Assembly: GCA_964016885.1 (NCBI GenBank)
Contig: OZ024740.1
Coordinates: forward strand, 130,696,001 to 130,760,000
Direction of reading: 5' to 3'
DNA length: 64,000 nucleotides
Origin: Eledone cirrhosa
Taxonomy: Eukaryota
Shown: in pieces, positions 13,267 through 26,589 of the stretch
Layout of the letters: each line of letters starts with the position of its first letter
Position numbering within the stretch: the first letter of the stretch is position 1
The notes under the pieces: model-generated
Database searches by the model: none
Seen by the model: only the letters and a program-made list of their open reading frames with translations
What the model was told of the DNA's origin: nothing
Made by a program: the position numbers and the translations under genes

Positions 13267-13531
<265 letters not shown>

Positions 13532-13858
13532 AAATATGGAGGTGTGACACACGAGTTGTGCTATATTAGTGAAAAGGTAAAGACAATGCTGACAAATGTT
13601 TGCCAGTGAAAAATAGTTTAATTAGGAATAAGTATAAATTAGTAATAGTAATAAGTGATTTTTGCTCTAATCTGATTGGAGCAAAATCACGAGCACTCTA
13701 TCTCAAAATTATTTTTGAAAAGAATAAGAAAGGCGCAACCCGTAAAAGCTTAAAACTATAACTGAATACTAACTAATACTTATTACTAATTTATACTTTT
13801 TCCTAATTAAACTATTTTTCTGTGCGAAAAATTTGGCACCATTTTCTTTTCATTTTTA

Positions 13859-13951
<93 letters not shown>

Positions 13952-13956
<5 letters not shown>

Positions 13957-16900
13957 GAATTCCAACTTTTTCTGATTTACTCGTTTTATTTACAATCCTT
14001 TAAAATTATAATGATATTAGAATGAAATAGTATCTTAGAATATTAAATGTTAAGTGTTAATTGAACAATTACTTCCATGCTTTAGCAATCATCTGGGTCA
14101 TATTCTGTGGTGACAGGCAAGTTTGCAAGTTTCAACTGTAATGAGATAGGTAAATGTTGTGCCTTATATAGTGTGAAAAGTCACTACAGAATGCTAAGTT
14201 TTGCAAACTGTATTTCGACCAATCGGTGTGTTGTTTCCCTGGATTACTAAACCTGATTGCTTTAGGCGACACGGTTGGTTGAGTATGTCTAACGACTTCT
14301 ATTTGAGCCTATCCAAAGCATCAATTGTTTTTATGTATTTTTAGAAATGATGAAAATGGCATTTTCTACGGTTTTTATAAGAAGTCTTCAGTAATCATCA
14401 CCATCAACATCAATTTTATTATTATTATTGTTGTTGTTGTTGTTAGTGGTGGTAGTCGACATGGCCGTAGGTGTAGTCATGGTGGGAGTAATACCCCTAA
14501 GCATTATTATTGTTCATTTAGCTTGGGTTGGAATTTATCAATAAAATTCTTTCCTTTAATTTTTCTCTTGATTTCACTTGGGCTGCGTAATTTGTAGAAT
14601 GGAAATATTATAAATATTTTCTGACCATATGTTGCTAGATGGTTACTCAGGGGTATTTGACGGATATTTGGGTCTCTGATTTGCTGTCAGTGCACCCGTG
14701 CATGTTCCGACAGTGCATTTCCAGTTTGACCGACATATAATTCTTCACAATTTGGGCACTTAATGCAGTAAATTAGATTTCTGCTTTTGCAGTTCATATT
14801 TGCATTTGGGAATATTTTTCCAGTTTTTGTGTTCATATATTGACCGGTGTGTATGGATTGACATGTGCCACATCGACTATCATTGCATTTAAATACAGTG
14901 AATGATTGGTCTTTGTTGTTAATGTCAAACTTTGCTTTTGTTAGTAATTGCTTCACATTTTTCGGCTGTCTTTTACTTAGAGCCAAAGATCGGTCTGTGA
15001 TTAAGCCTTTTAATTCATTACATTGAGCAATGATCGGTAGGTTTTCTTTGGCAGTTTTGAAGATATTCTGGTGATATGGGTTGTGTGTCATTATAAATGG
15101 TATGACCAGTTCTTGGTTTCTTCTTCCTTGGGTTGTGCTAAGTTGTTGTATAGGTATTTTTATAGCCGGCTGCATTCCATTTTCTATACGTAGAGATGGG
15201 TATTTTTGTTTGAGCAAAAATTCACGCAGTTCTGTTAAGCGTTTGTTCCTGGTATCCGTATATTCTACAATGGTACAAATTATTCTGGCTAGGCAGTATG
15301 GGATGTTGCGTTTTGTATGAGTGGATGGCACGACTTAAGATTCAGATATTGATGGGTGGCTGTGTGTTTATAATATATATCTGCGGCAATGGTGGTGTCG
15401 TTTTTGATTACCATTATATCTAGGAATGGTAATTTGGTACTACTCATCTCTTTTGTGAATTTGAGAGATGGGTGTAGGTTATTCAGGTGGATATTGAACT
15501 CATCCAGTGTATCTAGAGATTCTGTCCAGATGATGAAAGAGTCATCAAGGTATCTCCTCCAAGATTTTTCAATGTACTTTCTAAAGTCAGTACTATATTT
15601 TTCCTCTATTTCTGGGTAGAGTTGTTGTTCTAAGTATCCCATTACAGAGTTCGCGTAAACGGAAACAAACTTCGTTCCCATCGCTGTACCTCTAATTTGG
15701 ATGTAATTCTTTCCATTGAAGAAGAAAGTGTTGTTTTCCAGAATACGTTTGACTGCGTCTAATATAAATGGCGCTGTGAATCTGGTGGGAATCACTTCTC
15801 TATGTTTTGTCCACCTAGTATTTAACCGCCTTTATTCCTAAATCATGTGTAATCTTGGTTTAAAGGCTTATCCCATCAAAACAAAGTAGAAGTGAACTCG
15901 TTTCCGTGGTTTTGAGAAGATGAGATAAGAAGTCGCTGCCATCCCTGATGAAACTGGTTATGTGAATACATATTGGTTTCAAAATAATGTCAACAAAATT
16001 GCTTTAGAGGGTGGGTAGAGCATATTGGACCAGCAATAATAGGTCTTTTGAGTGTAGTAATTTAATGTACTCACTTTTTTGTTCTTCTACTGCTAGTTGG
16101 ATTTCTTATGACTTATGAACTTTCGGTAGGCCATACAGGTTGTTGGGTTTTGGCTCAAAATTGGTGGTGTAGCCTCTTTCCTTATTCGTAAGGGAGTTGT
16201 AGTATTCTGAAGCTAGGTTGTTCATCTTCTTCATGATGTTGTGGTCTATATTTGATGGTATTTCCTGATAGAATGTTGTGTATTTCAGTTGTTCCTCAAC
16301 CAAATCTTTGTAGTATTCAGCATCCATTATAACAACTGCACCCCCTTTATCTGCTTGTTAATTATTATTGTTTTATCATTTTGTATATATTTAAGTGCAG
16401 ACATTTCTGATTTGTTAATGTTTGGCCTAACATGAGTATTACGTCTAAGAGGAAAATTAAACAGGATGTCAATGTATTGGTCGAGATAGAAATTTCTTCC
16501 TTTTGGCGGTGTGAAATTTGATTCATTCTTTACTAGTGATTTATCACTCTCATTACTTTTATCAGCGAAGGATTCCACAAGTCGTAATTTTCGACATAAT
16601 TCTTGCGTATCCTCCTTCAATTATTGGTAGTTGACTGTTGGAGTCAGTGTGAATTTCAGTCATTTTGACAGAATTTGCATTTCATCATTGTCAAGATCTC
16701 TTTTGGATGAATTAATTATTTTAGGATCTACGTGTACAGTTGTTTTGGGTATGTTTCCTCCTGTAGTTTTTCTTTGTCCTGACGTTAAAAAATGGATTTT
16801 TCTCTGTTAAGAATCTATATTCCTGTTGGTGTTTGCTTGATGAAGTTTTGGTCGTGATATTATATTTGGTTTCGTTATGTTTTTTGTCCTATTTTTGGTA

Positions 16901-18015
16901 TTATGTATATTATTTTTCCATTTCTTGTTATTATTATTTTTAACAATCTGGAAAAATGACCTAGGTTTGCTTTCAGATTTAGATCGTTTTTTCGCCCAGT
17001 TTCTTGTGGTTAATCTAAGTTGAGATCTTGAGAGTGATCTGGTTATTCTATGGTTTTTCACCGTTCCGTGTGGGTAGTCTGTGTTGAGATCTTGAGAATG
17101 ATCTCCTGGTTTTTCTACTTCTCATGGTCTGGAATATCTATCTTGTTTGTGCTTTTTGTTCATGTTGTGTGCGTTAGGATGTTTTTGTAGAAAAAGCGAA
17201 CAGTTCTTACGGTAGCTCTTATTTGATTCAAGGTAAGGTGAGTGTTTGTGTTGCCACGTGTTCTGGCATATGTTGTGTTGGCGAGATTGTCTACCTTTAA
17301 TGCTTTTTCTCAGAGTTCCAGAGTCTTTACCGTAATTTGCAGCATATTCGTCGACAAATAATTGTTTCTGCTGCCATATTCTTGATTTGCTTTCTTCTTT
17401 TGAGATATCTCTGATTCATAGTTCTCCTAGGTTTTCAGCTATGTTACCAGCCGTTAGGTTTTACATTTCGGTTTCAATTTGGTCATCGACAGCTTCATAT
17501 TTGGGTTTGTAGCGGGATAGTTTACATTGAGTAATGGAGAGTCGGTCCTGAATGTTGTTAATGTAAGTTACCATCGGAGTTTTGTTTCTTCTTCTGGTTC
17601 TCCTGCAATTTCTGTAATTATGTATTTACTCGGTAGTATTGGTGCCGTTAGAGACAGCCATTTCGAATGTGTTTCGACATATCCTTTGCATTTGTATGCT
17701 TTACAGAAGTTTTGTTTTCTAATGTTAAGAAATGTTTTCCATGTCTTCCACATTTATTTTCTTATTCGATGTGTTTTGTTTTCCAAATTTGTTTCGTTTA
17801 GTTCTGACATTCAAGGTGGTTGTGGTAGGCTTTCTCTTGTATCTTTGATAACTGTTGGTATAATTTCAACTAAATTTTTAATTTCAGAGTTTATATGTTC
17901 AGTTATAAGTTTTCCGTCTGTAGATCATAATTTCGATGATATCTCCCTTAGAATTATTTCTGATTCTATTGATTTCATTTGTTGCTTTCCAGACATGTTG
18001 GCATATACACAATAG
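13952..18015 (-). mobile_element. Neptune-like Penelope-like element, near full length, decayed
   Basis: LYGLPKVHKS, RGTAMGTK, WRRYLDD and LPFLDI (RT); CNDSRCGTC linker; CKSRNLIYCIKCPNCEELYVGQTG (GIY-YIG). An additional upstream coding remnant lies at about 16800-17995. (AT)n at both ends. Confidence 0.9.
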
Positions 18016-18063
<48 letters not shown>

Positions 18064-18109
18064 AAATATACACGGGTGTGTATGATTGTGTATATAATAT
18101 TATATTATT

Positions 18110-18300
18110 AAGAAGAATTCCAACTGTGTCTGATTTACTAGTTTTATTTACAATCCTTTAAAATTCTAATGATATTAGAAAAAATAGTAGAGTAGAATAT
18201 TAAATGTTAAATGTTAATTGAACGATTACTTTCATGCTTTAGCAATCGTCAGGTTCATGTTATGTGTTGACAGTCAAGTTTGCAATGTTCAACTGAAATG
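18110..18300 (-). repeat. Direct repeat of 13955-14140 (pseudo-LTR or tandem 3' end of the Neptune element)
   Basis: Clear alignment by eye (gaattccaact...tttacaatcctttaaaatt...caagtttgcaa...ttcaactg); contains a hammerhead motif. Confidence 0.75.
18220..18256 (-). ncRNA. Minimal type I hammerhead ribozyme (decayed twin at 14063-14099)
   Basis: Minus strand GAAC-CUGACGA-UUGC-UAAA-GCAU-GAAA-GUAA-UC-GUUC. Stem I GAAC/GUUC, stem II UGC/GCA; stem III is one change from the palindrome AGUACU. Confidence 0.65.
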
Positions 18301-19229
18301 ATTATAAATATGATGGATGCAAACTCTGCTAGGAGTATTGCAATCGCTTGTCAGATCGCAGAAAATGGTGCACTTTTAGGCTACGGCCAGCCACACGACC
18401 TGTAACATAATTTGATCAAGCAACGCCTGTGCTTTGACGTTTTTTTGAAGCGGAGAAGGCTTTGCATTAGACGAATCCCACTCTCTGAACATCGAAAACA
18501 CTACCAGAAAAGTAGAGCCGGTCAAAATACTCACATGCTTCCGAAGCCGCAATATTTTTTTCACAGATTCCCTCTCTTAGAAAGTGGATGTGGCCACAAC
18601 TTGAGGAGGTTTCACTCATGGGTAAAATAAAAAAATACTATTTGGATGGCCGTTGACTCTGCTGAGTTCCTGCGCCTTAAACCGGGTCTTGTATTTCATC
18701 CCGTAATGTGTCCAAATATCACCCTACTCACCAAGCAGGCATGGTTTCGAGCAACATGGTTTCCATCAAATTGATGGTGTCTCATCCCGCCATGACTAGC
18801 TTGCGTCCACGTGGGTTTTGTTATTTCAAGTCTACACGCTGTCGTTTGCCTGATTTTAATTCCCCTCCGGCATTTTAGCAGTGACGATCTAGTTAATGTA
18901 TTGAGCACTATTGAAGATCGATTCAAAACCGTGACTAACCCCACTGAAAAGTTTCGTGAAATAGTCTTTTAAGACTATATAGTGAATTTATAGTTTTCCT
19001 CAAATTGACGGTTAAGTATTTCTTCTTGATTTTATTTTGAGTTAAGATTCTACTGCTTTTTCCCCAACTTACACAAAGTCTTAGGATAAAGTTTTTCTTC
19101 TTGATTTGTTTTAAATTAAGATTGTATTACTTTTCCCACGTCTTACATTAAAAATGTTTTCCTGTTGATGGTATAGTCACTTATATGTCTGAATTATTGT
19201 TGGCATTTAGCTTACATTAATTTCTCTAT

Positions 19230-19302
<73 letters not shown>

Positions 19303-19434
19303 AAAGTAGAAGAACTGCGAAACCGGTAAAGGAACCAAATAAATATATATATATTTTTAAAAATAAGACTCAAGTTTCATTTTCGATTTCATCTTTTTTC
19401 TTTATAAATATATATATATATAATATATATATAC

Positions 19435-19594
<160 letters not shown>

Positions 19595-19607
19595 TATATA
19601 TATATAT

Positions 19608-22600
19608 ATTTATAAAGAAAAAAAGATGAAATCGAAAATGAAACTTGAGTCTTATTTTTAAAAATATATATATATTTATTTGGTTCCTTTACCGGTTTCG
19701 CAGTTCTTCTACTTTTCAAAAGTAGAGTTGAGATGGAGGGACTGTGGATTTTCTCACATCTGGTTGTTCTCTGAATGTTACTTGTTTTATATGGAAAAGG
19801 TGGCACCAAATGCCAGGTTTTTCGAGAAGTAATTTCATTGATTGGTCAATAATTATAATAAATTTCGCGCCTGTTTGAGTTACAAAGTTCTTCAAACAAG
19901 AGGGGGGGGGGCAGGTCTTTTTTTCATATATTACTGTTTGAATTTCTTTGTTACTTAAAAAGGGGGCACACGAATGCTTTTTTTTAATAAACGTAATTTG
20001 ATTGGTTATAAATGAAATTATGGCTGTCACGGGAACAAGTTTTCATTAAATTTTCGCGCCATTGTTTGGAAATATATTCTGTAGCCTTTTTAGAGAATTT
20101 TATGACGAGTAAATGATAATGGTCTGAGAAATTGGATGGGATAATTGTTCTGGTTCAGTGAATATGGTTAGTTCGCTGGGGTGTCAGAATTCAGATATTC
20201 TATTGAATAAAGAAAGTAAAGATATGAATGTTTATTTATGTACATGTGTGTGTGTATGTGTGTGTGTGCGTGTGTTGTGTATGTGTGTTTGAATTTAATT
20301 TTACTTTAAAAAAAGGGTCTCACGGAGGCTTTTTTTAATAAACGTAATTTGATTGGTTATAAATGAAATTATGGCTATCACGTGAACAAGTTTTCATAAC
20401 ATTTTCGCGCCCTTATTTGGAAATCTATTCTGTAGCCTTTTTAGAGAATTTTATGACAAGCAAAAGATAATGCTCAAGAGAAATTAGATGGGAGAATTGT
20501 TCTGATTCAGTGAATATGGTTAGTTTGCTGGAGTATCAGAATTCAGATTTTGTATTGAATAAAGAATGTAAAGATATGTATGTTTATCTGTGTGCTTGTG
20601 TGTGTGTTGTGTGTGTGTGTTTGAATTTCTTTTTACTTAACAAAAGGGGCTGACAATGCTTTTTTTTTATAAACGTAATTTGATTGGTTATAAATGAAAT
20701 TATGGCTGTCACGTGAACAAGTTTTCTTTAAATTTTCGCGCCCTTATTTGGAAATCTATTCTGTAGCCTTTTTAGAGAATTTTATGACGGGTAAAATATA
20801 ATGGTCAAGAGAAATTGGATGGGAGAATTGTTCTGGTTCAGTGAATAAGGTTAGTTCCCTGGGGTGTCAGATTTCAGATTTTCTATTGAATAAAGAAAGT
20901 AAAGATATGTATGTTTATTTGTGTGCTTGTGTGTGTGTGTACATGTGTGTTTGTGGGTGTGTGTGTTGTGTGTGTGTGTGTTTGAATTTCTTTTTACTTA
21001 AAAAAAGGGGTTCACGAAGGTTTTTTTTTTAATAAACGTAATTTGATTGCTTATAAATGAAATTATGGCTGACACGTGAACAAGTTTTCATAAAATTTTC
21101 GCGCCCTTATTTGGAAATCTATTCTGTAACCTTTTCAGATAATTTTATGACGGGTAAAAGATAATGATCAAGAGAAATTAGATGGGATAATTGTTCTGGT
21201 TCAGTGAATATGGTTAGTTTGCAAGAGTGTCAGAATTCAGATTTTGTATTGAATAAAGAAAGTAAAGATATGTATGTTTATCTGTGTGCTTGTGTGTGTG
21301 TTTGAACTTCTTTTTACTTAAAAAAATGGGTTCACGAAGGCTTTTTTTTAATAAACGTAATTGGATTGCTTATAAATGAAATTATGGCTGACACGTGAAC
21401 AGGTTTTCATTAAATTTTCGAGCCCTTATTTGGAAATCTATTCTGTAGACTTTTTAGAGAATTTTATGACAAGTAAAAGATAATGGTCTAGAGAAATTGT
21501 ATGGGAGAATTGTTTTGGTTCAGTGAACATGGTTAGTTCGCTGGGGAGTCAGAATTAAGATTTTCTCTTAAATAAAGAAAGTAAAGATATGTATGTTTAT
21601 TTGTGTGCTTGTCTGTGTGTGTTTTTGTGTGTGTGTGTTTGAATTTCTCTTCACTTTTAAAAAAGGGAGCTCACTAAAGGTTTTTTTTAATAAACTTAAT
21701 TTGATTGGTTATAAATGAAATTATGGCTGTCACGTGAACAAGTTTTCATTAAATTTTCGCGCCCTTATTTGGAAATCTATTCTGTAGCCTTTTTAGAGAA
21801 TTTTTTCCAAATAAGAGCGCGAAAATTTAATGCAAAGTTGTTCAGGTGACACCCATAATTTCATTTATAACCAAGTAAATTACGTTTATTAAAAAAAAAG
21901 CCCTCGTCAGCCCGCTCTTTTTAAGTAAAAAGAAATTCAAACACACACACACAACAGACACACACACAAGCACACAGATAAACATACATATATTTACTTT
22001 CTTTATTCAATAGAAAATCTGAATTCTGACACCCCAGCGAACTAACCATATTCATTGAACCAGAACAACTCTCCCATCCAATTTCTCAGACCAGTATCTT
22101 TTGCTTGTCATTAAGTTCTCTGAAAAGGCTACAGAATAGTTTTCCAAATAAGGGCCCGAAAATTTAATGAAAACTTGTTCACATGACAGCCATAATTTCA
22201 TTTATAACCAAACAAATTACGTTTATTATAAAAAAGCCTTCGTGAGCCCCCTTTTTTTAAGTAAACAGAAATTCAAACACACACACACACAACACACACA
22301 CAAGCACACAGATAAACATACATATCTTTACTTTCTTTATTCAATAGAAAATCTGAATTCTGACACCCCAGCGAACTAACCATATTCACTGAACCAGAAC
22401 AATTTTCCCATCTAATCTCTCTTGAGCATTATCGTTTGCTTGTCATAAAATTCTCTAAAAAGGCTACAGAATAGATTTCCAAATAAGGGCGCGATTATTT
22501 AATGAAAACTTGTTCACGTGACAGCTATAATTTCATTTATAACCAATCAAATTACGTTTATTAAAAAAAAGCCTCCGTGAGACCCTTTTTTTAAAGTAAA

Positions 22601-23276
22601 ATTAAATTCAAACACACATACACACACACATGTACATAAATAAACATACATATATTTACTTTCTTTATTCAATAGAATATCTGAATTCTGACACCCCAGC
22701 GAACTAACCATATTCACTGAACAAGAACAATTCTCCCATCCAATTTCTCTTGACCATTATCTTTTACTTGTCATCAAATTATCTAAAAAGGTTACAGAAT
22801 ATATTTCCAAATAAGGGCGCGAAAATTTAATGAAAACTTGTTCACGCGACAGCCATAATTTCATTTATAACCAATCAAATTACGTTTATTAAAAAAAACC
22901 CTTCGTGAGCCCCTTTTTTGAAGTAAACAGAAATTTAAACAATCATATATGAAAAAACAACCTGTGACACCCCCCACCCCCACCTTGTTCGAAGAACTTT
23001 GTAACGCGAACTCGCGTGAATTTTATTATAATTATTTACCAACCAATCAAATTACCTCTCTAAAAACCTGGCATTTGGAGCCTCTTTTTCCATATAAAAT
23101 AAGTAACAATCAGAGACCAACCAGATGTGAGAAAAACCAGGGAACCTCCATCTCAACTCTACTTTTGAAAAGCAGAAGGACTGCGAAACCGGTAAAGGAA
23201 CCAAATAAATATATATATATATTTTAAAATAAGACTCCAGTTCCATTTTCGATTTCATCTTTTTTACTTTATACAT
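19608..23276. repeat. Fold-back element: inverted unique arms (~350 bp) enclosing a ~320-365 bp tandem satellite that flips orientation near 21823
   Basis: Unit marker aaacgtaatttgattgg (with variants) at 19989, 20340, 20671, 21034, 21353 and 21692; reverse-complement marker near 21879, 22217, 22551 and 22879. 19610-19960 is the reverse complement of about 22920-23275. Confidence 0.92.
23162..23197 (+). ncRNA. Minimal hammerhead-like motif with U3-A8 core variant (mirror copy at 19687-19722, minus strand)
   Basis: CUU-UUGAAAA-GCAG-AAGGA-CUGC-GAAAC-CG-GUA-AAG. Stem I CUU/AAG, stem II GCAG/CUGC (GUAG/CUGC with a wobble in the other copy), palindromic stem III ACCGGU. Confidence 0.55.
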
Positions 23277-23329
23277 TCACTCGTGTAGGACACCTCGGTT
23301 ATTTTTCATTTTGTAACAAAAAACCTCAC

Positions 23330-23409
<80 letters not shown>

Positions 23410-23411
<2 letters not shown>

Positions 23412-23720
23412 CAAAAATGATTCTAGTACCTCAGAGAACCCATGACTGGACAACACGGAGTATTTACGGAGTAAAACACACTTAAACAATATGTTTACCT
23501 CTCTCTACCACGCCAATTCGGACTGCCTGAAGACGTCACAGCCAATGATGGCTGTCACCGAAATATATATAGCTGTATATCTATAATTTATAATAAAAGA
23601 AGCCAATTTTTTTCCTATTTCACTTAATTATTTTACATTACTCTGTAGTAAAAAAACCGACCTGCGCACTTCGTCCAGTGCACCAATCTGCATACTTAGG
23701 TGTCGCTAAACAACCAACAT
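23410..23720 (+). mobile_element. Isolated PLE 3'-end fragment with hammerhead (23522-23576), between (AT)n tracts
   Basis: Homologous to the reverse complement of about 26600-26790 (ctctaccacg.aattcggactgcctgaaga...gatggctgtcaccgaaatatatatagc). Confidence 0.7.
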
Positions 23721-23721
23721 A

Positions 23722-23817
<96 letters not shown>

Positions 23818-24045
23818 CTATATATATTTATATATATAATATATATTTATAATGTATATATATATATTATATATATATATATATATATAATGTATATATA
23901 TATCTAATATATATATATATATATATAAAATATATATATATAATGTATATATATATATAATATACATATAATATATATATAATGTATATATATATATATA
24001 TATAATATATATATAATGTATATATATATTTATATATAATATATA

Positions 24046-24084
<39 letters not shown>

Positions 24085-24094
24085 TATATATATA

Positions 24095-24165
<71 letters not shown>

Positions 24166-25726
24166 ATATATATACATATATATACTATATATATATAATA
24201 TATATATATACACCATCAATTTGATAATAATAAACATGAAATATGGTTTCATATGTACATCCCTATTTATTTTGTATTACATATTTCAAAGACATAAGGC
24301 AGTTGTATAACTACTCCCCTAGGTGTTCTCGTCATAAGCATCTGCATATGTGGATTTAGTTGTATGTATGTGTAGATAATGTTGTCTGTGTATATGTTTA
24401 TTTATGTACATGTCTAACTGTACATAAATGCATATTCCATCCACCACTACCACCCTTTGTCTCTTTCTTTCACATATGTTTATCCTCCCTCACTGCCATC
24501 ACCACTCTGTCCACCCTGTCTTAATTACCATTTCTCAATTTAATCACCCTTCCCCTTTTCAAGTCCTCCTTATTTACATTGTATGAGCTATTGATGATCC
24601 CCTGATAAACATGTAAAGCTCTCGCGTAACAAGACTCATTATTTAATCTTATTAAAATGAATATATATAATATAAGGGTTAACTAATTACGTTATTTAAT
24701 ATTTAGACGAACTATTCATTCGATCATAAACAATCTGTGACAGCTCTCTTTTAAATGCCTTTAATATTTGGAAATAATTTTTATAAAAGAGTTTATTAGT
24801 GCGTATTGAATGACGGGAATAAATTACATGTTACATGTAACTTAATATTTCCTAAGGAGTACAATGTTAGGAATTCTTTCAAAGATAGGAATAATTTTAA
24901 ATGTAAGACATAATGCTAAAGATTAATGGAAACATACCAAATCATTGTTGTTAAGAAATATTATCAGCTTCTGATTAATCTTAATGTTTCTTTCATTAGC
25001 TGAATATAGAAAGCATCTACATTATTTTGATCTTGATTTTATAGCTCTTCACATTATTTCATTTTTACGTTACTCTTCACATTATTTCATTTAATGTTAT
25101 AGCAATCGTACAATAGATATTGTATTATTATCGATTCTTGTTCTATTTGTGATAAACAATGAAACAGGGACAGCTTCTTGCTGATGTATTCTAAATGCAA
25201 TCATTAGGTTTTTTATATACTATGCGAGTATTTACATATTGTTAATTTACAAAGCTAGCAGTCGTGAATTCTATGTAAGGAAGTTAATGCAGGAACATAT
25301 AAGGATCGTATTACTTATATATTTGGCATTTAGATTTGTTTTAGGTTAATAGTAATGCATTTATTCCTCTCATCCATAACATTTTCTTAGATGTGTGCGT
25401 GCTCTGTTATCTCATATAATAACTAGCAAGAATTTCTCTATTTTTGGTCTAATTCTGTTGTTGTGTTTTATCAGTCATAATATCTATTCTAACCATTATA
25501 TTTATAGATTCACTATATCGGGAGTTTACATTTTTCTTATTTTTAAATCACTAGTTGTACATATGACTATATATATATATATATACTGCAAAATCGAGCG
25601 CAACTTAGTTTGCCGCCGGTTTGTAAGCAATCCTGTTTTAGTTTTCCGTTATCTATAATGACGAAAGTAAATTAGAGAGAGAGAAAGACAGAGAGAGAGT
25701 GTGTGAGAGGGGGAGAGACGATATAT

Positions 25727-25811
<85 letters not shown>

Positions 25812-26146
25812 GAAAGATTTAAATGTTGCAACATATGTACACATTTTATTTGCATATTACTAATGTTTCAATGTCGACCAGCTCAGTGTACAATCAAGGT
25901 GTCGAAGCCCGACTCTTAAATATATTTACACTCTGCCCACAACAGCCGAAACAATGGGGGGAATACAACCCAAATGAAACGTCCTTCGATCGGCGCTCCG
26001 CCTGGAAATTGATACGCACTTAACTAACATATGCCGATACAAACCCTTATATTAACATACGTTTGCTCATAGCTTCCGAGTTACATGCACACAGACACTT
26101 TTACTCCCATATACACACATTTCCTCTTAGCTTCGTACGGACCTAT

Positions 26147-26184
<38 letters not shown>

Positions 26185-26423
26185 ACAAACTCATGAATAC
26201 GCACGTGGTCAAATGTAGCTCTCTTTATAAAACGTTATATTTTCCATTTCAACTGCACGCGCGCCATCATCCACTTTTCTAAAAAAAGAAATCCTACACA
26301 AAACGCCAGCACAAACAGTCTTGCAAGAGATGTCAACAGGAATGGACCTGTTATTTTTATCTAAAGACATTTTTGCCGATTCTATCCCACTCGTCCCCTC
26401 AATCTATTTTATTTCTCATATTT

Positions 26424-26459
26424 TCTTCTGATGAAGGACTAGCGTCCGAAACGTTAAGA
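26424..26459 (+). ncRNA. Minimal type I hammerhead ribozyme
   Basis: UCUU-CUGAUGA-A-GGAC-UAGC-GUCC-GAAAC-GUU-AAGA. Stem I UCUU/AAGA, stem II GGAC/GUCC, loopless palindromic stem III. Confidence 0.78.
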
Positions 26460-26589
26460 CCCTCTTCCTGCTATATCAAGCGTTAAACTAATATATCCCT
26501 TCCATATATTTTACCGACTGTGTTGTTATTTCCGTTTACCTTTTACATACATATATATATATATGTATATATATATATAAAATATAATA

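Noticed and set aside
18310-18960. GC-richer segment with several short ORFs
   Set aside because: No recognisable motif in the frames examined and multiple stops; left unassigned.
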